This document shows, piece after piece, positions 25,212 to 33,912 of a DNA stretch of 64,000 nucleotides. Origin of the DNA: Bryobacteraceae bacterium (lineage in GTDB: Bacteria > Acidobacteriota > Terriglobia > Bryobacterales > Bryobacteraceae); contig JASHNT010000116.1 in the NCBI GenBank assembly GCA_030041495.1, positions 9,998 through 73,997 on the forward strand, in the 5' to 3' direction. Position 1 is the first letter of the stretch, and each line of letters begins with the position of its first letter. The notes beneath the pieces were generated by a model, which was given only the letters and a program-made list of their open reading frames with translations, was not told where the DNA came from and did not search any database. Position numbers and translations under genes: made by a program.

Positions 25212-27236
25212 TTAGGGCAGGAGCTTCAGCAGCGAAGCCGCGTCCGTGACGGGGAGCTGGCAAGTGTAGTTCTCGCAAGCGTAGACCGTGGGCTGGCCTC
25301 CGGCGGCGGGCATGGGGACAGGCGATTGTTCGGCGCGCATGAGGATCGCGTTGGGCAGGAATTTCGCATGGATTGCCGCGAGCATCTCAGGATCGCGCGG
25401 CCCGGCGAGCACGATTTCCATGCGACGGCCGGTTGCGAACATTTGCGCCACCAGCATCTGCGGAACGGCGGTGGGGGTGGCGCGCAAGCGGCCGGCGAAA
25501 GCGTGAAGCGTGCGCTCGGCGGCTGACCGGAAATCGTCGCGGCCGGTGATGCGGGCGAGGCGCAGCAGGGCGAGGGTGATGGCGGAGTTACCGGAAGGCT
25601 CCGCGCCGTCGTAATCGTCCTTCAAGCGCAGGACGAGATCGGGTTGCGCGGCCGCGGTGGAGAAGAATCCGCCCTGTTGGCGATCTTCAAATAATTCGAT
25701 GGCCCGCTCGGCAAGGCGCTGGGCCCAGTCGAGGTCAGCGGCGTCGAAGTTGGCTTCGTACATGTCGAGCAGCGCCAGAGCGGCGAAGGCGTAATCGTCG
25801 AGAAAACCTTCGATGGCGGCGTCGCCACCGCGATAGCGCCGAAGTAAAGTGGCATCCGATTCGCGCCACAGTTTTGCGCGAATGAAATCGAGGGCGCGCC
25901 GGGCTGCGGCTTCGTAGCGCGGTTCCTTCAAGATCCGTCCGCCTTTGGCGAATGCCGAGATCATCATTCCGTTCCAGGCGGCGAGGATTTTGTCGTCGAG
26001 GTGCGGGCGTGGCCGGCGTGAACGGATCTCCACCAGCCTTTGGCTGGCTTCCGCGATTGCCGGGGTATTTTCGACGAAGTGCGCCTGGTACAGGATATTT
26101 TTGCCGATGAACTCGCCGTGAGGGTCTTCGGCGACGTTGCCGTGCTCGGCCACGCCGAAGCGGCGAGAGAAGATGGCTGCGTCCTGCTCGCCCAGAGCCT
26201 GCACCAGTTCGAGATGCGACCATAGGTAGAACGCGCCTTCGCTTTTCTTCCCGGGATGGGCTGGGTCGGGCGCGCTGTCGGCGTCTTCGGCGGAGTAAAA
26301 GCCGCCTTCGGGGGCGGCGAGATCGCGTAGGACGTAGTCGAAGACGGTACGAGCGACGTGAGCGAATTCGTGCTCGCCGGTGATCTGGAAAGCTTCGAGG
26401 TAAGAGACGGCGAGCTGCGCCTGATCGTACAGCATCTTTTCGAAGTGCGGCACCAGCCAATGATCGTCGACGGAATAGCGGTGGAACCCTCCGCCCAACT
26501 GATCGTTCATGCCTCCTTTGGCCATTTCACGGAGAGTGACCAGAGTCATCTCCAACGCCTCTTCATCCTTGGTTTGCGCGTGATAACGCAGAAGGAAATT
26601 CAGCACGCTGGGGCGGGGAAATTTGGGCGCGCCGCCGAAGCCTCCATGGCGCGGATCGAAGGAGCGCGCGAAGTGCCGGTAGGCGGTTTCGACGGCGTCC
26701 ATTGCAGAGGTGCCACTTGCCGCGCCATCACCAGCGCCGGAGTACTCCTTTAATTGTTCGATGACGCGCGCGCCGGATTCCTCGATCTTGGCTCGATCGG
26801 TGTGCCAGGCGTGCGCAAGACTCTGCAGCAGGGAAGCGAATCCCGGCCGACCGTAGCGATTATCGGGCGGAAAATAGGTTCCTCCGAAGAAGGGCTTGCG
26901 ATCCGGAGTCAGGAACACGCTCATGGGCCAACCTCCGCTGCCGGTGGCGGCTTGCACGAACAACATATAGATGCGGTCGACGTCGGGCCGCTCTTCGCGA
27001 TCCACCTTGATGGAGATGAACTCGCGGTTGAGCAGATCCGCGATGCGAGGATTCTCGAAAGATTCGTGCTCCATCACGTGGCACCAGTGGCAGGTGGAAT
27101 AACCCACCGAAAGGAACACGGGCTTGTCTTCCTGGCGGGCTTTTTCGAAGGCTTCGTCGCCCCAAGGGTACCAATCCACGGGGTTGTTGGCGTGTTGCAG
27201 CAGGTATGGACTTTTTTCCCCGGCGAGACGATTCAT
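25212..27236 (-). CDS. thioredoxin-domain protein, DUF255/YyaL family (N-terminal thioredoxin plus six-hairpin glycosidase-like domain)
   Basis: ORF 25212..27407. The ATG at 27236 gives [30 protein letters not shown]...[18 protein letters not shown], the hallmark N-terminus. This ATG overlaps the thrB stop (ATGA). Confidence 0.85.
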   Translation of the reverse strand: MNRLAGEKSPYLLQHANNPVDWYPWGDEAFEKARQEDKPVFLSVGYSTCHWCHVMEHESFENPRIADLLNREFISIKVDREERPDVDRIYMLFVQAATGSGGWPMSVFLTPDRKPFFGGTYFPPDNRYGRPGFASLLQSLAHAWHTDRAKIEESGARVIEQLKEYSGAGDGAASGTSAMDAVETAYRHFARSFDPRHGGFGGAPKFPRPSVLNFLLRYHAQTKDEEALEMTLVTLREMAKGGMNDQLGGGFHRYSVDDHWLVPHFEKMLYDQAQLAVSYLEAFQITGEHEFAHVARTVFDYVLRDLAAPEGGFYSAEDADSAPDPAHPGKKSEGAFYLWSHLELVQALGEQDAAIFSRRFGVAEHGNVAEDPHGEFIGKNILYQAHFVENTPAIAEASQRLVEIRSRRPRPHLDDKILAAWNGMMISAFAKGGRILKEPRYEAAARRALDFIRAKLWRESDATLLRRYRGGDAAIEGFLDDYAFAALALLDMYEANFDAADLDWAQRLAERAIELFEDRQQGGFFSTAAAQPDLVLRLKDDYDGAEPSGNSAITLALLRLARITGRDDFRSAAERTLHAFAGRLRATPTAVPQMLVAQMFATGRRMEIVLAGPRDPEMLAAIHAKFLPNAILMRAEQSPVPMPAAGGQPTVYACENYTCQLPVTDAASLLKLLP

Positions 27237-28159
27237 GACCGGGCCGATTCGTTGTGAAGTTGGTATCCTTTTTGCGCGACGCGGCAGCAGGTGATCTCCG
27301 AGGCTTTGCCGTGTTTGCGGAAAATTGCGCGCACACGCTCGCAGACGTGCTCGTGGCCGCGTTCGTGGAACACCAGAATGGAGGGTCCAGCGCCGCTCAA
27401 GGCGCATCCGAGCAGGCCGGGCTCGCGCAAGGCGACGATTTCTTGCAGGCCGGGAACCAGCGCGTATCGATACGGCTGATGCAAGCGATCTTCGAGAGCA
27501 GCCGGGAAGGCGTCCGTGGCTCCGCGCGTCAAGGCCGCAATCAGCAGCGTGCTGCGCTGGACGTTGAAGATCGTGTCCTCACGCGAATACCTTTCCGGCA
27601 GAACCCTGCGGGATTCAGTGGTGGGCAGGACGAAATCCGGCGTAACCACGGCGACGCCGTAATTCGGGTGAAGCTCCATGCGTACAGCGCGCGCAATGCC
27701 GTCGGAGTCTATGGCGCTGGCGACGATCGAACCCAGGGCGCACGCGGCGACGTTATCTGGATGGCCTTCGATGTACGCTGCCTCATGCAGGACGCGGTCG
27801 GCATCCCAGCCCAGATCGAGGATCTCATTGGCAATTACCACTCCGGCGGTGAGCGCGGCGGCGCTCGATCCGAGGCCCTTGCCGATGGGGATATCGTTGA
27901 CGATTTCCAGTTCGATCGACGGCATATTCTGCGCGGTGTCGGAGGCGACGCGCAGGGCGGTTTGCCAGATGAGGTTATCCTCGCCGTCCGAGATCATGGC
28001 GGCGTCGCGCCCGGCAACGCTGATGGCCAGCTCCGGCGCGGGCCGGAAGCGGCATTCCAGGTGGAGATCGAGCGCGAGTCCGAGTGCGTCGAAGCCGGGC
28101 CCCAGGTTAGCGCTGGAGGCGGGCACGCGCAGGATTTTGCGGCCGTCGGGCATGAACAC
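27233..28159 (-). CDS. thrB: homoserine kinase
   Basis: 308 aa. [19 protein letters not shown] and the GHMP motif [12 protein letters not shown]. Length and pattern are typical of ThrB. Confidence 0.85.
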   Translation of the reverse strand: MFMPDGRKILRVPASSANLGPGFDALGLALDLHLECRFRPAPELAISVAGRDAAMISDGEDNLIWQTALRVASDTAQNMPSIELEIVNDIPIGKGLGSSAAALTAGVVIANEILDLGWDADRVLHEAAYIEGHPDNVAACALGSIVASAIDSDGIARAVRMELHPNYGVAVVTPDFVLPTTESRRVLPERYSREDTIFNVQRSTLLIAALTRGATDAFPAALEDRLHQPYRYALVPGLQEIVALREPGLLGCALSGAGPSILVFHERGHEHVCERVRAIFRKHGKASEITCCRVAQKGYQLHNESARS

Positions 28160-28242
28160 CCATTCTGCCAGAAAAGCCAGGCCGCACGCGATTTTGAGGG
28201 CTGCGGCCGAATCTTCGGGCGGGTTGGCGCTAATATAGACTT

Positions 28243-29193
28243 ATGAGTAGCTCCGTTGCCCATCCCCTGGGCTCTTCTGTAGCCATGCCTGCTTGGAAGA
28301 CCGCTGTTAGCCATGTTGCGGCCGTGTTTGTCGCGATTCTGTTCATCGGGGCCGGCTTATACAAGGCCGTCGACCCCTTCCATTGGTCGCGCCTGTTGGA
28401 AGAACTGCTGTTTCCGCCCGCTTACAGCCTGCCGTTTACGGTGCTGCTCTCGATCGGCGAGGTTTTTGGCGGCATCATGATCATGCTGCCGCGGCACCGG
28501 CGCGTAGGCGCGGCCGTCACTTCGCTGATGCTGTTGGGGTTCATGGGCTACATCGGACTCCACTATTCGCAGTTGATCGGCAAGGATTGCAGTTGCTTCC
28601 CGTGGGTGAAGCGCACCGTGGGGCCGGGCTTCTTCATGGGTGACGCGGCGTTCCTGCTGGCGGCGATTCTGGCGGGAGTCTGGGCGAAGTCCGCGCTGCC
28701 GTACGTGCGCATGAAATTAGCCCCGGCTTTCGGGGTGCTGGCTCTGGCGGTGGCCTTCGCCGGCGGCGGCTATGCCTACGCGAATTCGCACCAGACTGGC
28801 GCGAAGGCTCCGGATGCGATCTTGGTGGACGGCAAACCGGTTTCGCTCCAGCATGGGCGATTTTTCGTGTTTTTCTTCGATCCGGAATGCAGCCACTGTA
28901 ACGACGCCGGCCGGCACATGGGCACCTATCACTGGAAGAGCGACGTGACCATCCTCGGGGTTCCCACCCGCATGGCCCGCTTCGGCCCGGATTTCATGCA
29001 CGACAACAAGTTGAACGGGCTGGTGACCGACGACCTCGCCAAACTGAAGGCCGCCTTCCCGCTTCCGGGCGATCCGCCGTATGGAGTCGAGATCGAGAAT
29101 GGCCGGCAGGTGGGTACCGTGCAGCACTACGACGACGAGGACACAGGGAAAGAGCCGGCGGCGACGTTGCGGCAGCTTGGCCTGATCGACTAA
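28243..29193 (+). CDS. MauE/DoxX-like membrane domain fused to a thioredoxin-fold domain (CSHC)
   Basis: 316 aa. Four or five N-terminal TM helices (LYKAVDPFHW..., GGIMIMLP...). Then a periplasmic-type thioredoxin-like domain with FFFDPECSHCN. Confidence 0.6.
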   Translation: MSSSVAHPLGSSVAMPAWKTAVSHVAAVFVAILFIGAGLYKAVDPFHWSRLLEELLFPPAYSLPFTVLLSIGEVFGGIMIMLPRHRRVGAAVTSLMLLGFMGYIGLHYSQLIGKDCSCFPWVKRTVGPGFFMGDAAFLLAAILAGVWAKSALPYVRMKLAPAFGVLALAVAFAGGGYAYANSHQTGAKAPDAILVDGKPVSLQHGRFFVFFFDPECSHCNDAGRHMGTYHWKSDVTILGVPTRMARFGPDFMHDNKLNGLVTDDLAKLKAAFPLPGDPPYGVEIENGRQVGTVQHYDDEDTGKEPAATLRQLGLID

Positions 29194-29268
29194 ATCCGGA
29201 AATCCGCACACCAAATCGTAACTTTTTTTCGGTATACTGCCGTGAGTTTTCCTTTTTGGAGGGATTTT

Positions 29269-30675
29269 ATGGCAGTGAAAAAGCGTGCATCCCGTGGTCC
29301 GGCCGCGGCTCCGCCGCCGGACGAAAATACTCAACCCATTCCAACTTCCGGCCCGCAGTTTGCCGAACCCGCGCCCACTCCGGACCCCACGCACTTCACC
29401 GTCAAGCATGGCTCCGATGCCGCTGCCTACAAGATTCTGGACCGCGAAAAGGCGACCCTCCAGCCGCGTCCGTTTCCGGTCGTCGACCAAACCGAACCTA
29501 CGGTGACGCTGGGAGATGCAATCGGCCCGGAGGGGGCGTCCATCGAGAATTCGATCACCGCCGCCGATCAAATCGTCTTCCACGCGCTGGGCGACACGGG
29601 CAATACCAAGGGTCCGCGTGATGAGGGCCTGGTCGCCGATAAGATGGTCAGCGATTTCAGCGAGACGGATTCGCGGCAGGTCCCGTCTTTCTGCTATCAC
29701 CTGGGCGACGTAGTTTATAGTTTCGGCGAAGCCGAGTATTACTACGACCAGTTTTACGATCCTTTTCGCGATTACCCTGCGCCGATTTTCGCCATTGCGG
29801 GTAATCACGACGGAATGGTTGCGCCGAACTCGACGACGCCCACCCTGGACGCGTTCGTCGAAAATTTCTGCACGGCGGGCCAGCCCTCGCATCGCACGCC
29901 GGAAGCTGGCGGCCTGGCCCGCACCGCGCAGGTCCAGCCCGCCGTGTACTTCACGCTGGAGGCTCCGTTCGTGAGAATTCTGGGGCTGTACAGCAACTGC
30001 CTGGAGGACCCCGGCATCATTTCGGATCAGGGCGGCAAGTACCCGTATTTGGGCCAGACGCAGATTCAATATTTGACTGCGGCCCTTACTCGCATCAAGC
30101 AGCAGAAATTCAAGGGCGCGATTCTGATTGCCGTACACCATCCGCCCTACGTCGCTCAGATTGCCGAAGCCGAATCCGGTGCTCCGGCGGCCAGCTCCCG
30201 CAGGCGCTCATCGGCCGAGCCCAAGACCCAGAACGCCGGGCGCCATGGCGGCTCGCCGGCGATGCTTGAGGAAATCGACACGGTGTGCGAATCGGTGGGC
30301 ATCTGGCCGCACGCGATCCTCTCCGGCCACGCGCACAATTACCAGCGCTTTACCCGCTCCAAGGACGGCCGCCAGACGCCGTTCATTGTCGCGGGGAACG
30401 GTGGCCACGCGGTGTTGCATCTGACCAAGAAGGGCACTCCGGCTTTGCGTGCCCCCAGCCCTCAAGCGGCTCTAAGCGACGGCAGCGACAGCGTCATCTT
30501 CGAGAATTACGACGACCAGGACTTCGGCTACCTCCGTATCCTGGTCAACGCGAAGCAGCTCCGCATCGAATACCACCCGGCCGCCGATGGCGAGGCGGCC
30601 AAAACACCCGACGACGCCGTGACGGTCGATTTGCAGAAATACCAACTGGTCCACTTCCAGGCCGCGGGGGCGTAA
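29269..30675 (+). CDS. metallophosphoesterase (calcineurin-like)
   Basis: ORF 29242..30675. The ATG at 29269 has GGAGGG 5 nt upstream. Motifs: ALGDTGN, HLGDVVY, AGNHD, AVHHPP, SGHAHNYQR. Confidence 0.85.
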   Translation: MAVKKRASRGPAAAPPPDENTQPIPTSGPQFAEPAPTPDPTHFTVKHGSDAAAYKILDREKATLQPRPFPVVDQTEPTVTLGDAIGPEGASIENSITAADQIVFHALGDTGNTKGPRDEGLVADKMVSDFSETDSRQVPSFCYHLGDVVYSFGEAEYYYDQFYDPFRDYPAPIFAIAGNHDGMVAPNSTTPTLDAFVENFCTAGQPSHRTPEAGGLARTAQVQPAVYFTLEAPFVRILGLYSNCLEDPGIISDQGGKYPYLGQTQIQYLTAALTRIKQQKFKGAILIAVHHPPYVAQIAEAESGAPAASSRRRSSAEPKTQNAGRHGGSPAMLEEIDTVCESVGIWPHAILSGHAHNYQRFTRSKDGRQTPFIVAGNGGHAVLHLTKKGTPALRAPSPQAALSDGSDSVIFENYDDQDFGYLRILVNAKQLRIEYHPAADGEAAKTPDDAVTVDLQKYQLVHFQAAGA

Positions 30676-30713
30676 GCAGGCCGATTGTCTACAGTTCGGC
30701 GCGGGCCTCGAGT

Positions 30714-31353
30714 TCACCGAGCCAGACATTGAAAGACCGGGCACTGCTCTCGAATCCGGTTTATTCCCATTGCTCGCGCGGCGTCCTCGCCGTGGCGGAC
30801 TTTTTGGTATGCCGGGAAGATTCTCAGCACCTGCTTAGATGGGGCGGTTCGCGGTGAATCGTTGATATCTTCCGGAGTTGCGAACCCGGCGCGGATCTTC
30901 TCAAACCTGGCTGCGAGTTCGGCGCGTCCGATGGCACTTCCGAGGGCGGCGCAGTCGCTGAAGAGCAGTCCCTCGAATTCGTGCATGACCACGAAAGGGA
31001 TGAACCACCTGGCATCGCCGGTCGCCTCCGTTACGTGCTTGCGCATGGCGTCCTCAACGCACGCGGGCGGTGCTGATACTGTTTGCTGCCTCCCGGCCCG
31101 GCCATGCTTTGCCACGGGTTGCCGGTAATCCGTAGAAGTCTACCATCGTGGAGATGACACAGCCCCTATCCCGCTTCAGGTCGCTGACGATTTCCTTCAG
31201 GGCGGAACCCCAAGAACAGATCCCAGATTTCCTGGAGCCGACGATGCGGGCGTCAACGCGATCATAGCCCACCGTTGTCAGATGCTCAGGAAGAATCCCG
31301 CGGACAAAACGAACCTCTGTCGGACCCTCCGCGTGCACCACGAGGCGGGCCAT
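30714..31353 (-). pseudogene. DUF4276 family (TOPRIM-like) protein, split by a frameshift into ORFs 31054..31353 and 30714..31115
   Basis: N-part: MARLVVHAEGPTEVRFVRGILPEHL...STMVDFYGLPATRGKAWPG. C-part, in another frame: ...ACVEDAMRKHVTEATGDARWFIPFVVMHEFEGLLFSD...FATPEDINDSPRTAPSKQVL...IREQCPVFQ. Together they give the full DUF4276 pattern as I remember it. The frames switch within about 31050-31070. Confidence 0.7.
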
Positions 31354-31359
31354 CGATGC

Positions 31360-32439
31360 TCAGGCCGGAACCGGCTGATCGCCGAATTCATTCTTTTCCC
31401 ACAACTGACCGAGACTGTAGTCCTCCAGCCATTCCTTAAAAGGCTCGGGCTCCAGTCGTCTGAGCGTGGTCGCGTCGTTGACGAGATCCGCGACCAATAC
31501 TTCCTTAGGCTCGAAGTAATCGAGCAAGGTCGGAGACTGGGTGCAGAGAATGATTTGGGTGCTCCGCGAAGCTTCTCGCACAAGCGCGGCCAGTATCGCC
31601 ATTGCGTAGGGGTGCAGGCCTAGCTCAGGCTCATCGATCAGGATGACCGACGGGAGATAACCCTGCGGCTGAAGCAGCAAAGTCGCGAGCATGATGAACC
31701 TTAGCGTGCCGTCGGACAGCGAGGAGACGCCCAAAGGATAGTTCGATCGCCTGTGATTCCAGTTGAGGCTGATGAATTCGGCCTGCTTTCCGTCCGGTTC
31801 GAGGCTGAAGCTGAGAAAGAACGGAGCCACTCGCCTGACTTCCCGAACGATGGAATCAAAATTCTCCCTGAAGTTCTCGTGCAGGTTGTAAAGAAAGGCA
31901 GGCAGGTTCGACCCGTCCGGCCTGAGGGGACGGCCATCCTCCACTCGCGCTGTTTTTCGAATTGGTGAGGAGGAGTCAGTGTCGTCCAAATGGTAAACCC
32001 AGCAGCGCCACAAGGCCGACTTAATCCAGCTTTCAAGCGAATGGCTGCCGCTGATACCGGCCTCCCGCCCACCTGCTTGGGGCTCAAGCGGGTCGGTGAT
32101 TCCATTGAGACATGTGGTCTCACCCTCCGGGAGCAACTGGCCGACTTCGCTTGGCCGGAGCGTCAGCCTGTAGCTCAACTTCCCGGACTGGAAGCCGAGA
32201 TTTGGGAATCTTGTGCTTTTTTCGCCGAAGTGCAATAGCCTGTCTGCGAACCGGGCGTTTTTACCGTAAGCTTCTAGCCGCCCCTCCCGAATCGCGTTCA
32301 GAAATGCGAACGCCTCGATGAAGTTCGACTTCCCGGACCCGTTCGCGCCGATTACAACATTCACTCGCTCCAGGGGCAGTTTCTCAATTGAGGCAATGCT
32401 CTTGAAGCCTTGAATTGTGATTGAGTCAAGTCCCTGCAT
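31360..32439 (-). CDS. ABC/SMC-like ATPase (AAA_21/AAA_15 type), partner of DUF4276
   Basis: 359 aa. Walker A GANGSGKSN, signature-like LSDGTLRF, Walker B plus D-loop VILIDEPELGLHP, and a Q/H region ILCTQSP. It ends 7 nt before the DUF4276 start. Confidence 0.85.
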   Translation of the reverse strand: MQGLDSITIQGFKSIASIEKLPLERVNVVIGANGSGKSNFIEAFAFLNAIREGRLEAYGKNARFADRLLHFGEKSTRFPNLGFQSGKLSYRLTLRPSEVGQLLPEGETTCLNGITDPLEPQAGGREAGISGSHSLESWIKSALWRCWVYHLDDTDSSSPIRKTARVEDGRPLRPDGSNLPAFLYNLHENFRENFDSIVREVRRVAPFFLSFSLEPDGKQAEFISLNWNHRRSNYPLGVSSLSDGTLRFIMLATLLLQPQGYLPSVILIDEPELGLHPYAMAILAALVREASRSTQIILCTQSPTLLDYFEPKEVLVADLVNDATTLRRLEPEPFKEWLEDYSLGQLWEKNEFGDQPVPA

Positions 32440-32491
32440 GGCTCTGCCCCATCATAACCAATCGCGGAATCCCTATATAATCAATAATCGA

Positions 32492-33328
32492 GTGGACATC
32501 TACGACGAAATCGTCCGTCTGCGCAGGCTGGGTCAAAAGTGCGCCCTGGCGACCATCGTGCAGAAGCGGGGGTCGATTCCGAGCTTTGAGTCGGCCAAGC
32601 TGCTGGTGCGCGAAGACGGCTCCATGATGGGCACGGTGGGCGGCGGGTGCGTGGAAGCCGAGGTGTGGAACGCCGCGCGCGAAGTCATCGACACCGAAAA
32701 ACCCAAGAATCTCTCCTTCAGCTTGGGCCAGGACGCCGCGTACGACGAGGGGCTGATTTGCGGAGGACAATTGAACATCTTCGTCGAGCCGGTGGTTCCC
32801 CAGCCGCAAGCCTTCATCTTCGGCGGCGGTCACGTCTCGAAGAGCCTTTCGAAAGTCGCGTCGATGGCAGGATTCGCCACAGTCATCGTCGATAACCGCG
32901 AGGCCTTCGCCAATCCACAGCGCTTCCCGGAGGCTGAAGCCACTTACGCGGAAGAGTACGAAGAGGTTTTCCCCAAGCTGAACATTACTTCTTCGGACTA
33001 CATCATTATCGTTACGCGCGGGCATCGCGACGATATGCGCGTGCTGAGGTGGGCGGTGACCACGCCGGCGCGTTATGTGGCTATGATCGGCAGCAAGCGC
33101 AAGACGATCTCGGTGGTGCACGAGCTCGAAAAAGAGGGCATCTCGCGCGACGCCTTCGAGCATGTGTTCGCCCCGATGGGTCTGGAGATCGGCGCGGAAA
33201 GCCCGGAGGAGATCGCGGTCTCGGTGGTGGCGGAAATGATTGCGGTGCGGCGCGCGCCGGTCAGCGACTGGCGATCGGTTTCGAAATCCATCTTTGCCAG
33301 CGAACGCCTCAAAGCTCTGCTGAAGTGA
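32492..33328 (+). CDS. XdhC/CoxI family molybdoenzyme maturation factor
   Basis: ORF 32417..33328. I prefer the GTG at 32492 (VDIYDEIVRLRRLGQKCALATIVQKRGSIP...GTVGGGCVE...IFGGGHVS), which matches the usual XdhC N-terminus. TATAAT lies at 32476-32481. ATG 32438 is an alternative start. Confidence 0.75.
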   Translation: MDIYDEIVRLRRLGQKCALATIVQKRGSIPSFESAKLLVREDGSMMGTVGGGCVEAEVWNAAREVIDTEKPKNLSFSLGQDAAYDEGLICGGQLNIFVEPVVPQPQAFIFGGGHVSKSLSKVASMAGFATVIVDNREAFANPQRFPEAEATYAEEYEEVFPKLNITSSDYIIIVTRGHRDDMRVLRWAVTTPARYVAMIGSKRKTISVVHELEKEGISRDAFEHVFAPMGLEIGAESPEEIAVSVVAEMIAVRRAPVSDWRSVSKSIFASERLKALLK

Positions 33329-33912
33329 TTGCATCGGTTATTCTTGCCGCGGGAGCCTCCAGCCGCATGGGCACTCCCAAGGCTCTGCTCGATTACCGTG
33401 GCGAGACGTTTCTCGACCGGCTCATCCGCGTGCTGGGAGCGGTGAGCGATCCCGTCATCGTGGTTCTCGGATATCACGCAGATCAGATCCGCGCGGCTGC
33501 GTGCGGCTCCGCGACCATGGTCGTGAATCCGCGGCCCGAGCGTGGGCAGTTGAGCTCGCTTCAAACCGGCGTGGCTGCGCTGCCAGCCGGTACCGAAGGC
33601 TTCGCCTTCATCCCCATGGATTGTCCCACGGTGCGCGAGGACACGATCACCAGGTTAGCGGAAGCGTTTACGTGCAGGACGCCTGGGACTGAGTTTGTCA
33701 TTCCGCGCCTGGGAGACAAGCGCGGCCATCCGGTTTTCGCCGCGCGGCCGATTGTGGACGAGCTGCTCGCGTTGCCGGAGGACGGCAAGGCTAGCGACGT
33801 GGTCCATCGGCATGTGCCTCAAACACAGTACGTCGACGTTGACGATCCAGGTATCCTCGCCGATATCGACGATCGAGCCAGTTACGAAAAGCTCCTGGAG
33901 ACGCTCACGTGA
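33325..33912 (+). CDS. MobA-like NTP transferase (MocA/molybdenum cofactor cytidylyltransferase-like)
   Basis: In ORF 33049..33912, the GTG at 33325 overlaps the xdhC stop (GTGA). It starts VIASVILAAGASSRMGTPKALL, the signature N-terminus of this family. Confidence 0.75.
   Translation: MIASVILAAGASSRMGTPKALLDYRGETFLDRLIRVLGAVSDPVIVVLGYHADQIRAAACGSATMVVNPRPERGQLSSLQTGVAALPAGTEGFAFIPMDCPTVREDTITRLAEAFTCRTPGTEFVIPRLGDKRGHPVFAARPIVDELLALPEDGKASDVVHRHVPQTQYVDVDDPGILADIDDRASYEKLLETLT

Noticed and set aside
32417-32491. N-terminal extension of the xdhC-like ORF (TTG 32417 or ATG 32438).
   Set aside because: ATG 32438 would overlap the start codon of the divergent ATPase gene (32439-32437). The extension (MALPHHNQSRNPYIINNR) is unlike XdhC N-termini, and a TATAAT box lies inside it.
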